Below, in pieces: positions 26,011 to 35,340 of a stretch of 41,630 nucleotides of DNA (within the stretch, counting starts at the first letter, position 1; every line of letters begins with the position of its first letter). The stretch covers positions 1-41,630 of the forward strand of contig JBGGMJ010000150.1 of assembly GCA_041288095.1 (NCBI GenBank), read 5' to 3'. The notes below the pieces were generated by a model. That model had not been told where the DNA came from and did no database searches. It was given only the letters and a program-made list of their open reading frames with translations. The position numbers and the translations under genes were made by a program. This DNA comes from Myxococcota bacterium. GTDB taxonomy: Bacteria > Myxococcota > XYA12-FULL-58-9 > JALHOP01.

Positions 26011-26874
26011 TTGAGCACAACCACCGTCAAGCTCGGCCTACCCAAGGGCCGCATGCAAGAGGGCGTCTTCAAGCTGCTCTCCGACGCCGGCATTCAACTT
26101 CGCACCGGCAGCCGCGGCTATCGTCCGAGCATCAACCTCGGTGGCTTCGAAGTGAAGGTCTTGAAGCCGCAGAACATCGTCGAGATGCTCGAGGCCGGCT
26201 CGCGCGACGTCGGCTTTGCCGGCGCCGACTGGGTCGCCGAGCTCAACGCGCACGTGGTCGAGCTCGTCGACACGACGCTCGATCCGGTGCGGCTGGTGGC
26301 GGCGGCGCCGAGCGCCCTGCTCGAGGACGGAAAGCTCCCGAAGCGCACGCTGGTCGTCGCCTCCGAGTACCAGCGCCTGGCACAGGACTGGATCGCCAAG
26401 GCAGGTATCACGGCGCGCTTCGTGCGTTCGTATGGCGCGACCGAGGTGTTCCCGCCCGAGGACGCCGACTGCATCATCGACAACACGGCGACGGGCGCGA
26501 CGCTGGTGGCGAACGGGCTCGAGATCGTCGGTGACGTCATGCGCTCGTCGACCCGCCTGTACGCCAATCCCCATGCGCTCGAAAACCGCGAGAAGCGCGA
26601 GGCGATCGAGCGCCTGGTGATGCTCCTGCGTTCGGTGCTCGAGGCGCGACGGCGCGTCATGCTCGAAGTGAACGTTTCGCAACAGGACCTCGAGCGGCTC
26701 GTCGCCATCTTGCCGTGCATGCGCGAGCCGACGGTGTCGCCGCTGCACGCATCGCGGGGCTACGCGGTGAAGGCCGCCGTGCCGCGCGAAGATCTGCCCA
26801 AGCTCATTCCGACCATCAAAGCCAACGGGGGCACCGACATCGTCGTGTCGAGCCTCGGGCAGATCGTGCCGTGA
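26011..26874 (+). CDS. hisG: ATP phosphoribosyltransferase (long form)
   Basis: LPKGRM, DVGFAGADW, YGATE.FPP, and a C-terminal regulatory domain (PTVSPL). TTG start after GGAG. Confidence 0.93.
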   Translation: MSTTTVKLGLPKGRMQEGVFKLLSDAGIQLRTGSRGYRPSINLGGFEVKVLKPQNIVEMLEAGSRDVGFAGADWVAELNAHVVELVDTTLDPVRLVAAAPSALLEDGKLPKRTLVVASEYQRLAQDWIAKAGITARFVRSYGATEVFPPEDADCIIDNTATGATLVANGLEIVGDVMRSSTRLYANPHALENREKREAIERLVMLLRSVLEARRRVMLEVNVSQQDLERLVAILPCMREPTVSPLHASRGYAVKAAVPREDLPKLIPTIKANGGTDIVVSSLGQIVP

Positions 26875-27899
26875 TCACCCCGGTGCCGGAGGTCGCGGCA
26901 CTCACGGCCTACGCATCGCCCTCGCTGCCCGCGGGTATCGATTTGCGTCTCGATGGGACCGAGCGCCCGTTGCCGCTGCCGGTGGGCGAAGCCGGTAGCT
27001 ACCCGAAGGCCGCCGAGCTCGAGGCCGCGCTCGCCGAGCGTCTCGATGTACCGAAGGACCGCGTGCTCGTGACCGCTGGAGCGGACGAGGCGCTGGACCG
27101 CATCTGCCGCGCCTATCTGTCGTCGGCCCGCGTCGCGGTCACCACGTCGCCGACCTTCGAGATGATCAAGCACTACGCGCGCCTCGCGGGGAGCGCGCTG
27201 CGCGAGGTGCCCTGGTACGACGAGGAGCTCGAGCTCACGGCGCTGCTCGACGCGACGCAGGGTGTGCGCGGCATCGCCGCTGTGGCTACCCCGAACAATC
27301 CGACCGGCGTCGCGGTCGACCCCGCGCTGCTCGTCGAGCTCGCCAAGCACAGGCAAGAGGTGCTCGTCGTCGCCGATCTCGCGTACATCGAGTTCGCGGC
27401 CGCCGATCCGACCAAAGAGCTCGCGAAGCTCGAGAACGTGGTGATGACGCGGACGTTCTCGAAGGCCTGGGGCATTCCCGGCGCTCGCGTCGGCTACGCG
27501 GTGGGGCCGGCCGGCGTCATCGCCGCCATGCGCGTCGCTGGCGGTCCATATTCGGTCGCGCGCCCGTCGCTCGCCCTCGCGCTCGAGCGCTTGCGCGGCG
27601 GTGAAGCCGAGATGCGCGCTTACGTCGCCAAGGCGCGCGATGAGGTCAAGCGCATGAGCTTGTTCCTCGCCAAGCACGGCATCAGCGTGCCGATGTCGCA
27701 AGCGAACTTCGTACTGCTCACCGGCTCCAAGGTGCCACGTCTGGCCGAGCTGCTCGCCAAGCGCGGCATCGGTCTGCGCGCCTTTCCCAACGACCCGCGA
27801 CTCGCTGACGCCCGGCGCATGGTCATGCCGGTGGACGACACGACTTATCGACGCCTCGAAGGCGCGCTCGGCGAAGCGTTCGCGGAGCTCGACAAATGA
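26871..27899 (+). CDS. hisC: Histidinol-phosphate aminotransferase
   Basis: GADEA, PNNPTG, DLAYIEF and RTFSKAWG..GARVGY. GTGA overlap with hisG. Confidence 0.9.
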   Translation: MITPVPEVAALTAYASPSLPAGIDLRLDGTERPLPLPVGEAGSYPKAAELEAALAERLDVPKDRVLVTAGADEALDRICRAYLSSARVAVTTSPTFEMIKHYARLAGSALREVPWYDEELELTALLDATQGVRGIAAVATPNNPTGVAVDPALLVELAKHRQEVLVVADLAYIEFAAADPTKELAKLENVVMTRTFSKAWGIPGARVGYAVGPAGVIAAMRVAGGPYSVARPSLALALERLRGGEAEMRAYVAKARDEVKRMSLFLAKHGISVPMSQANFVLLTGSKVPRLAELLAKRGIGLRAFPNDPRLADARRMVMPVDDTTYRRLEGALGEAFAELDK

Positions 27900-28477
27900 G
27901 ACGAGGCGAGATCAACCGTAAGACGGGCGAGACCGACATCCGCTGTAGCGTTCAGCTCGACGGCGAGGGTAAGGCGGACATCAAGACCGGTATCGGCTTT
28001 CTCGATCACATGCTCGGCGCGCTCGCCAAGCATTCGCGCATCGATATCACCTTGAGCTGCACCGGCGATCTCGAAGTCGACGACCACCACACGGCCGAGG
28101 ATTGCGCCTTGGCGCTGGGTGGCGCCATCGACGCGGCCCTCGGGGAGCGTCGCGGCATCTATCGCTTCGGTGACGCGCACGCGCCGCTCGATGAGGCTCT
28201 GGCTCGTGCCGTGGTCGATCTCGCCGGCCGACCCTCGCCGCACGTGGCGCTGGGCCTGCGCCGCGACAGCATCGGCGACATCTCGTCCGAGTCGCTCACG
28301 CACGTGCTCATGTCCCTTGGCACCGCGATGCGCGCGGCGCTGCACGTCGACGTGCTCAAGGGCGAAAACGATCACCACAAGGTCGAAGCCGCTTTCAAGG
28401 CGACGGCGCTGGCCCTGCGCCATGCCGTCGCTCACGACGGCTCGACGCAGGTTCCGAGCACCAAAGGCGTCCTGTGA
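27896..28477 (+). CDS. hisB: Imidazoleglycerol-phosphate dehydratase (monofunctional)
   Basis: TGIGFLDHML, DDHHTAED, PLDEAL, NDHHKVEA and PSTKG. Confidence 0.96.
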   Translation: MRRGEINRKTGETDIRCSVQLDGEGKADIKTGIGFLDHMLGALAKHSRIDITLSCTGDLEVDDHHTAEDCALALGGAIDAALGERRGIYRFGDAHAPLDEALARAVVDLAGRPSPHVALGLRRDSIGDISSESLTHVLMSLGTAMRAALHVDVLKGENDHHKVEAAFKATALALRHAVAHDGSTQVPSTKGVL

Positions 28478-29079
28478 GCCGCACCATCGTCATCGTGCGC
28501 ACCGGCACGGCGAACCTGGCCTCGGTGCGCGCTGCTTTCGAGCGGCAAGGGCACACCGTCGAGCTGACGGAGGAGCCCGCACGTGTCGCTGAAGCGGACC
28601 GTGTCGTCTTGCCGGGTGTCGGCGCGTTCGGCGCCTCGATGGCGGAGCTCGTGAAGAAGAACCTGGCGGAGCCTCTCGTCGAGCGCGCCCGCGGCAACCG
28701 TTCGCTCCTCGCCATCTGCGTCGGCATGCAGCTGTTGTGTCGCGGGAGCACGGAGTCACCCGGCGCGCGTGGCCTCGAGGTGGTGAACGCAGAGGTCAGC
28801 CGCTTCGACGCACCTGGCTTGCGCGTGCCGCAGCTCGGCTGGAACGACGTCACGGCGCCGCCGGAGGCCCGCTTCGTGCGCAGCGGCGTCGCTTATTTCG
28901 CCAACTCCTACCGGGCGCGGCAGGTCGCGGATGGTTGGGTCGCATCGACCGCCGATCACGGCGGCACCTTCGTCGCCGCCATGGAGCGCGGCAACGTCCT
29001 GGCCTGTCAGTTCCACCCCGAGCTGTCCGGCGCGTGGGGCGCGCAGCTCTTGGCGCGGTGGATCGAGGGGAGCGGCTGA
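28474..29079 (+). CDS. hisH: Imidazole glycerol phosphate synthase glutaminase subunit
   Basis: LPGVGAF, ICVGMQ and QFHPE. Confidence 0.95.
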   Translation: MSRTIVIVRTGTANLASVRAAFERQGHTVELTEEPARVAEADRVVLPGVGAFGASMAELVKKNLAEPLVERARGNRSLLAICVGMQLLCRGSTESPGARGLEVVNAEVSRFDAPGLRVPQLGWNDVTAPPEARFVRSGVAYFANSYRARQVADGWVASTADHGGTFVAAMERGNVLACQFHPELSGAWGAQLLARWIEGSG

Positions 29080-29831
29080 TGCTCAAGACCCGCATCATTC
29101 CCTGCCTCGATTGCAAGGACGGGCGCGTCGTCAAAGGCGTCCGCTTCGAGGGCCTGCGCGACGCCGGTTCCCCGTCGGAGCTCGCCGCCGCCTACGAGAA
29201 GCAGGGCGCCGACGAGATCGTCGTGCTCGACATCTCGGCGACCACCGAAGGACGCAACGCCGCGCTCGCCACGGTGCGCGCGGTACGTCGCGAGCTGTCG
29301 ATCCCGCTCACCGTGGGTGGTGGCGTCGGTTCCGCCGAGCACGCCGGAGTCTTGCTGGACGCGGGGGCTGACAAGGTCAGCGTCAACAGCGCAGCGGTGA
29401 AGGACCCCGCCATCGTCACTGCCATCGCCGACCGCTATGGAAGACAGTGCGCCGTCATCGCCATCGACGCCGCGCGCAAGGACGCCTCGTGGGAGGTGGT
29501 CACTCATAGCGGTAAGAACCGCACCGGCATCGATGTCATCGCCTGGGCCCGCGAAGCAGTGCAGCGTGGCGCCGGCGAAGTGTTGCTCACGAGCTTCGAC
29601 CGCGACGGTACGCGCTCGGGCTACGATCTCGACCTGCTGAAGGCCGTCAGCGAAGCCGTGCCCGTCCCGATCATCGCCTCCGGTGGGGCGGCGCATGCGG
29701 CCCATCTCCTCGAAGCGCTGCGCGCGGGCGCGACCGACGTGCTCGCCGCCAGCATCTTCCACGACGGCGATCTCACCGTCGGCGACGTGAAGAAGTATCT
29801 CGCAAGCCAAGGCGCGCGGGTGCGCTTGTGA
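29079..29831 (+). CDS. hisF: Imidazole glycerol phosphate synthase cyclase subunit
   Basis: RIIPCLD, VVKG, PLTVGGG, GADKVS, DRDGT and IASGG. Confidence 0.96.
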   Translation: MLKTRIIPCLDCKDGRVVKGVRFEGLRDAGSPSELAAAYEKQGADEIVVLDISATTEGRNAALATVRAVRRELSIPLTVGGGVGSAEHAGVLLDAGADKVSVNSAAVKDPAIVTAIADRYGRQCAVIAIDAARKDASWEVVTHSGKNRTGIDVIAWAREAVQRGAGEVLLTSFDRDGTRSGYDLDLLKAVSEAVPVPIIASGGAAHAAHLLEALRAGATDVLAASIFHDGDLTVGDVKKYLASQGARVRL

Positions 29832-31081
29832 TCATCCCGTCTATCGATTTGCAGGGCGGCTCGACGGTGCAGCTCGTCGGCGGCGAGAAGAAAGCGCTCG
29901 ATGCCGGTGATCCGCGCCCCATCGCCACCAAGTTCGGCCGCGTCGGTGAGATCGCCGTGGTCGACCTCGACGCCGCGCTCGGCACCGGCTCGAACGCCGC
30001 GCTGATTCGCGATCTCTTGCCGCTCGCGCGCTGCCGCGTCGGCGGTGGCATCCGCGACGTGAAGACCGCCGTCGACTGGCTCGACGCCGGCGCCGTGCAA
30101 GTCGTCCTAGGCACCGCGGCGAAGCCCGAGATCCTGCGCGAGCTGCCGAAGGACCGCGTCATCGCGGCGCTCGATGCGAAGCACGGCGAAGTCGTCACCC
30201 ATGGCTGGGTGCAAGGCACCGGTCGCGGCATCGCCGAGCGCATGCTCGAGCTGCGTGACTACGTCGCCGGCTTTCTCGTCACCTTCGTCGAGCGCGAAGG
30301 CCGCATGCAGGGCACGAACATGGGAGAGGTCGCCGAGCTCGTGAAAGCGGCGGGCAACGCGCGCCTCACCATCGCCGGCGGGGTCACGACCCCCGAGGAC
30401 GTCGCCGAGCTGCATCGTATCGGCGCCGATGCCCAGGTCGGCATGGCGCTCTACACCGGTCGGTTCGATTTAGCGGACGCAACCGCGGCGCTCCTGCAGT
30501 CCGATCGGCCCGATGGCCTGTGGCCGACCGTGGTCGTCGACGAGCACGGGACCGCCTTGGGCCTTGCCTACTCCGACAAGGAGAGCTTGAAGGCGGCCCT
30601 CGATCGGGGCGTGGGCGCTTATCATTCCCGCAAGCGAGGTCTCTGGGTGAAAGGCGAGAGCTCCGGCGCCACGCAAGCGCTGCTCGCGGTCGACGTCGAC
30701 TGCGACGCCGACGCCCTGCGCTTCACCGTAAAGCAGGCGCCGCCGGGCTACTGCCACCTCGCCACCGCTACGTGCTGGGGCGACACGCACGGCATCGACG
30801 CGACCGCGAAGCTCGTCGCGCAACGCGCGAAGGACGCGCCGGCCGGCTCGTACACCAAGCGCTTATTCGACGAGCCCGAGCTGCTCGCCGCCAAGCTCAC
30901 CGAGGAAGCAGGGGAGCTTTCCGCCGCGCGCACCGCCGACGAGGTGGCCCACGAGGCCGCCGATGTCCTGTATTTCACGCTCGTCGCCATGGCGCGCCAA
31001 GGTGTGTCGCTCGCGGATGTGGCCCGTGTGCTCGACAAGCGCGCCTTGAAGGTCACGCGCCGTCCGGGAAACAAGAAATGA
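29828..31081 (+). CDS. hisIE: HisA-HisI-HisE fusion (ProFAR isomerase / PR-AMP cyclohydrolase / PR-ATP pyrophosphatase)
   Basis: N-terminal IIPSIDL..G..VQL, VGGGIRD and IAGG (HisA barrel); middle LWVKGESSG, DCDAD and CH..C (HisI); C-terminal SYT, KLTEEAGE and EAADVLY (HisE). Confidence 0.9.
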   Translation: MIIPSIDLQGGSTVQLVGGEKKALDAGDPRPIATKFGRVGEIAVVDLDAALGTGSNAALIRDLLPLARCRVGGGIRDVKTAVDWLDAGAVQVVLGTAAKPEILRELPKDRVIAALDAKHGEVVTHGWVQGTGRGIAERMLELRDYVAGFLVTFVEREGRMQGTNMGEVAELVKAAGNARLTIAGGVTTPEDVAELHRIGADAQVGMALYTGRFDLADATAALLQSDRPDGLWPTVVVDEHGTALGLAYSDKESLKAALDRGVGAYHSRKRGLWVKGESSGATQALLAVDVDCDADALRFTVKQAPPGYCHLATATCWGDTHGIDATAKLVAQRAKDAPAGSYTKRLFDEPELLAAKLTEEAGELSAARTADEVAHEAADVLYFTLVAMARQGVSLADVARVLDKRALKVTRRPGNKK

Positions 31082-32325
31082 CTCTGCGCCGCATCGCTTT
31101 CGCGGACATCGCCCGCACCCGTTTCGACCCCATCGACGAAACGACGCGCAACGGCGCCGCCGCGATCTTGGCCGAGGTCCGCGCGAGCGGAGAGGCCGCC
31201 GTACGCAAGCACGCCGAGCGCCTGGGTGACGTGAAGCCCGGTGAGCCCTTGCTGCTGGATGCGAAGGTGCTCGCCCAGGCGCTGGCGAGCCTGCCCAAAG
31301 AGGACCGTGCAACGCTGGAGCGGACGGCGGCGCGCATTCAACGCTTCGCCGAAGCCCAGAAGCAGAGCCTCACCGCGGTCGAGCTAACGGTCGAAGGCGG
31401 CAAGGCGGGTCACGAAGTGCGGCCGATGCGCGCCGCGGGTTGTTACGCGCCCGGCGGGCGCTTCCCGTTGCCGTCGTCGGTGCTCATGACCGCGGTCACC
31501 GCGCGCGTCGCCGGCGTCAGTGACGTCATCGTCGCTTCACCGAAGCCGACGCAGGTCACCTTGGCCGCCGCTGCTGTCGCCAAGGCGGACGCCTTGCTCG
31601 CCGTCGGCGGCGCTCAGGCCATCGCCACGTTCACCTACGGCGCCGGCCTCATGACCCCACGCGACGTCATCGCCGGCCCGGGTAACCGCTGGGTCACCGC
31701 CGCGAAGCAATTGGTCGCGGGCGTCGTCGCCATCGACATGCTCGCGGGCCCATCCGAGCTCGTGATCATCGCGGACGATAGCGCCAAGCCGGACGTCGTC
31801 GCGGCCGATTTGCTCGCCCAGGCGGAGCACGACGACGACGCCCTGCCGGTGCTCATCACCACCAGCACGAAGCTCGCCGATGCCGTCGACGCGGCGCTCG
31901 CGGAGCAGCTCGCGACCTTGCCGACCAAGGCGACGGCTGGGGCCGCCCTGAAGAACGGCTTCTGCGTGGTGGCGCGCGACTTCGACGAGGCGGCCGCGGC
32001 TTCGGACCTCCTTGCGCCCGAGCACTTGGAGCTGCAGGTGCGCGACATCAATGGCTTGCGGGCGAAGCTCAACGCCTACGGCGCGCTCTTCGTGGGCAGC
32101 GCCGCCGCCGAGGTCTTCGGCGACTACGGCGTCGGCCCCAATCACGTGTTGCCGACCGGCGGCAGCGCGCGGTTTACGGGTGGCTTGTCGGTGCTGACGT
32201 TTCTGCGGGTGCGCACGTGGCTCGCCATGGATGCCGCTCCTGCTCACCTCATCGACGACGTCGCGAGGCTAGCTCGCTTGGAAGGCCTGGAAGCGCACGC
32301 CCGAGCGGCCGAAAAGCGGCGCTAG
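31078..32325 (+). CDS. hisD: Histidinol dehydrogenase
   Basis: YAPGG, GGAQAI, GPGN, IDMLAGPSE, QAEH, APEHL and GDY..GPNHVLPT. ATGA overlap with the upstream fusion. Confidence 0.96.
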   Translation: MTLRRIAFADIARTRFDPIDETTRNGAAAILAEVRASGEAAVRKHAERLGDVKPGEPLLLDAKVLAQALASLPKEDRATLERTAARIQRFAEAQKQSLTAVELTVEGGKAGHEVRPMRAAGCYAPGGRFPLPSSVLMTAVTARVAGVSDVIVASPKPTQVTLAAAAVAKADALLAVGGAQAIATFTYGAGLMTPRDVIAGPGNRWVTAAKQLVAGVVAIDMLAGPSELVIIADDSAKPDVVAADLLAQAEHDDDALPVLITTSTKLADAVDAALAEQLATLPTKATAGAALKNGFCVVARDFDEAAAASDLLAPEHLELQVRDINGLRAKLNAYGALFVGSAAAEVFGDYGVGPNHVLPTGGSARFTGGLSVLTFLRVRTWLAMDAAPAHLIDDVARLARLEGLEAHARAAEKRR

Positions 32326-32492
32326 AGCCTCCTGCGTCGCCTGGTGGTGGCTCCACGCCCCACTCAACTGCGCGGAACAAAAAGCGAAAAACCGCGAAAA
32401 CAATACCCTTGCCTCGCGACGTTCTTTTCGTCATGTCGCACCCACCGCAACAGACCCGATTGGTTTACGGATTGCTTCGGCACGCTTTCGTC

Positions 32493-34016
32493 ATGTCCCT
32501 ACGTCTCATTCCCTTGGTTTTGGCCTCGTGCTTCGCCGCCGCGGCTCCGGTTCAAGCCGGCTCGCGCGCCATCGGCGGCAACGGCAAACAGTTCAGCTTC
32601 GATTGGCTCAAGAACCAAGCCAAGCAGCTCGCCAAGAAGGACTACGAGAGCCCCGGCGTCGAGCTGCCGGACTCGCTGCAGAACCTCACCTACGATCAGT
32701 TCCGCGACATTCGTTTCCGCCATGAACAGGCGGTCTGGAAGAAGGAAGGGCTGCCGTTCCAGGTGCAGTTCTTCCACATGGGCTTCTTCTACAAGGAGCC
32801 GGTGTTCGTGCACGTGGTCACTGGTGGGCGCACCCAGAACATCGACTTCTCGACCTCGATGTTCGACTACGGTCACAATTCGCTAGGCGATTTGCCGCGC
32901 GATCTCGGCTTTGCCGGCTTCCGCATCCACTACCGTCTCAACAAACCTGAATACATGGACGAGCTCGTCGTCTTCCTTGGGGCGAGCTACTTCCGCGCCC
33001 TCGGGAAAGGCCAGCTCTATGGTCTGTCGGCACGCGGTCTCGCGCTCGATACGGCCCTCCCGTCCGGCGAAGAGTTTCCGTCCTTCCGCGAGTTCTGGAT
33101 CGAAAAGCCCGGCCCACAAACCAAGGAGCTCATCATCCACGCGCTCTTGGACAGCCGCAGCTACGTGGGTGCGTATAGGTTCATCATCCGACCGGGCAAC
33201 GCGACGGCCATGGAAGTGACTGCTACACTCTACGCTCGTCGCAACGTCGAGAAGATCGGCGTGGCGCCGCTCACCAGTATGTACCTTTTTGGTGAAAACG
33301 ATCACGCGGGCTTCGACGACTTCCGGCCGGAGGTGCACGACTCCGACGGCCTCTTCGTGTGGACGGGCCAGGGCGAGCAGATCTGGCGGCCGCTCGTGAA
33401 CCCGCAGCGCCTGCGCGTGTCCGCTTTCTCGGTCGAAGACCCGCGCGGCTTCGGTCTCTTGCAGCGCGACCGCATGTTCACGAGCTACGAAGACCTCGAG
33501 TCACGCTACGAGAAGCGGCCGAGCGTATGGGTCGAGCCGTTGCAGAAGTGGGGCCGCGGCCAGGTGCAGCTCGTCGAGATCCCGGCGACCGAAGAGTACC
33601 ACGACAACATCGTCGCCTTCTGGACGCCCGACAAAGTCCCGGCGCCGGGCGAGCCCATGGCGCTCTCTTATCGCTTGTGGTGGGGCGACGGCCCGCCGGA
33701 CTGGCAGTCGGGACAGCACACCGTGGCCACCCGCATCGCCGCGGGCAGCGAGCCCGGCAATCGCCGCTTCGTGCTCGACTTCTTGCCCAGTGCCGCTAAA
33801 GCGGACGAGGCCGTGGTTGCCAACGCTGAACCGGTAATCAGCGTTTCCAGCGGGCAGGTGATTCGCCCGATCGCCCAGCGCAACGAAGTCACCGGCGGCT
33901 GGCGTGCGTTCTTCGAGTTCAAGCCGGCGAGCGACGAGCCCGTCGAGATGCGAGCGTATTTGCGTAGCGGTGAGAAGAGCCTCACCGAGACCTGGAGTTA
34001 TTTGTGGAGCCCATGA
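32493..34016 (+). CDS. opgG: Periplasmic glucan biosynthesis protein OpgG/OpgD
   Basis: Signal peptide, YDQFRDIRF, FLGASYFRA, YGLSARGLA, EEFP.F, RPEVHDSDGL and ETWSYLW. Confidence 0.93.
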   Translation: MSLRLIPLVLASCFAAAAPVQAGSRAIGGNGKQFSFDWLKNQAKQLAKKDYESPGVELPDSLQNLTYDQFRDIRFRHEQAVWKKEGLPFQVQFFHMGFFYKEPVFVHVVTGGRTQNIDFSTSMFDYGHNSLGDLPRDLGFAGFRIHYRLNKPEYMDELVVFLGASYFRALGKGQLYGLSARGLALDTALPSGEEFPSFREFWIEKPGPQTKELIIHALLDSRSYVGAYRFIIRPGNATAMEVTATLYARRNVEKIGVAPLTSMYLFGENDHAGFDDFRPEVHDSDGLFVWTGQGEQIWRPLVNPQRLRVSAFSVEDPRGFGLLQRDRMFTSYEDLESRYEKRPSVWVEPLQKWGRGQVQLVEIPATEEYHDNIVAFWTPDKVPAPGEPMALSYRLWWGDGPPDWQSGQHTVATRIAAGSEPGNRRFVLDFLPSAAKADEAVVANAEPVISVSSGQVIRPIAQRNEVTGGWRAFFEFKPASDEPVEMRAYLRSGEKSLTETWSYLWSP

Positions 34017-34414
34017 GTCGGTTGGCGGCATTTTTCCGGTCCTTTGGGTTCGACGTCGAAGCCTGCATGGCCTTGGCCTCGCGTTTCGAGAGCGCCGATG
34101 ATCCGGTGCGTCGCGCGCAAGACGCCGCGACCGCTTGGCTCGTGAAGGCGACCGGGCCATGGGCGGGCGACTCGCCGGCGGGCTTTGCCGCGGCGCGCCT
34201 CGCGTTCGTGCGCGCCGATATCGCCAAGCGTTTCCCCGAGGCCTTCCTCGCCGACGAAGCTCCGGCCGCGGTGCGCGAGGCCTTCGCGGGTCATCGCCCG
34301 TTGGCGCTGCCGGCGCTGGTTCCGAGCCAGATGGTGCCGCAGGACGTGCGCATGTTGCCAGTCATCGACGACGTCTTGCGCTCGGTGTTGCCGCTGGCAC
34401 CGCGCCGCTCCTAG
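34013..34414 (+). CDS. Hypothetical protein coupled to opgG
   Basis: ATGA overlap with opgG. Contains P.L.PSQMVPQ near its C-terminus. Confidence 0.7.
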   Translation: MSRLAAFFRSFGFDVEACMALASRFESADDPVRRAQDAATAWLVKATGPWAGDSPAGFAAARLAFVRADIAKRFPEAFLADEAPAAVREAFAGHRPLALPALVPSQMVPQDVRMLPVIDDVLRSVLPLAPRRS

Positions 34415-34417
34415 CCG

Positions 34418-35248
34418 GTGCTGATTCCGGTCCAGTCGCCGTACGATTGGCCGTCCATCCTGGCATTCTTCACGCTGCGGGCGATTCCCGGCGTCGAGTG
34501 CGCTTCAGCGGACAGATACGAACGTAGCATCGTGATGAACGGCGAGGTCGGGAGGCTGGCCGTGGGACCCGCCACCGGCGGTCTCGAGGTGACCTCGAGC
34601 CTCCCCGGTGTGATCGACCGGGTGAGCCGCATGTTCGATACGGAGCACGACCCGGCGCGTCTCGCCAAGCACTTCGCGAACGACGAGGTCATGCTCCCGT
34701 TGGTGACAGAGCGGCCGGGCCTGCGCATCCCCAACGCCTGGGACGGCTTCGAGCTCGCGGTTCGCGCCGTACTCGGCCAGCAGATCACGGTCATTCAGGC
34801 GGCGAAGCTCGCGGGCAAGCTGGTCACCCGCTATGGCAGACGCATCGCCGACACCGGGCTCGTCACGCACCTGTTTCCGGAGCCCGCGGCCCTCATCGAC
34901 CAGGACATCGCCGCGTTGGGCATGCCGGGGAGCCGCGGTGAGACCATTCGTAATGTGGCCCGGGCGGCGCTCGCGGACCCCACCATCTTTGCTCCCGGTG
35001 GTACCGCCGAGCGTTTACGCGGCATGCGTGGCATTGGCGACTGGACGGCTCAGTACATCGCCATGCGCGCCCTGGGTGATCGTGACGCCTTTCCCGCTTC
35101 CGACGTCGGGCTGCTCCGCGCCATGGCCGGCAAGGATAGGGTGCGGCCAACCCCGAAGGCGCTCCTCGCTCGCGCCGAGCTCTGGCGTCCATACCGGGCC
35201 TACGCGGCGCAGCACCTGTGGGCGGCCGATGCGGTCACCATGGGATGA
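34418..35248 (+). CDS. alkA: DNA-3-methyladenine glycosylase II (no Ada domain)
   Basis: PYDW...RAIPGVE, FELAVRAVLGQQI, HhH RGIGDWTA, FPASD and WRPYRAYA. Confidence 0.92.
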   Translation: MLIPVQSPYDWPSILAFFTLRAIPGVECASADRYERSIVMNGEVGRLAVGPATGGLEVTSSLPGVIDRVSRMFDTEHDPARLAKHFANDEVMLPLVTERPGLRIPNAWDGFELAVRAVLGQQITVIQAAKLAGKLVTRYGRRIADTGLVTHLFPEPAALIDQDIAALGMPGSRGETIRNVARAALADPTIFAPGGTAERLRGMRGIGDWTAQYIAMRALGDRDAFPASDVGLLRAMAGKDRVRPTPKALLARAELWRPYRAYAAQHLWAADAVTMG

Positions 35249-35340
35249 CATCCTTTCACTGCGTTGGTTGGCCAAGCCTGCCGATACACCCGCCACAACA
35301 AACTGGGCGTGGTGTGGCCGCGTCTTTGATGGAGAGCAAA

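Noticed and set aside
30520..31081. Open upstream extension of hisD suggesting a frameshift fusion to HisIE
   Set aside because: The extension is Arg-rich off-frame sequence. The ATGA overlap explains the junction, and there is no canonical slippery heptamer. The same applies to the extensions of pvcB, hisC and hisF.
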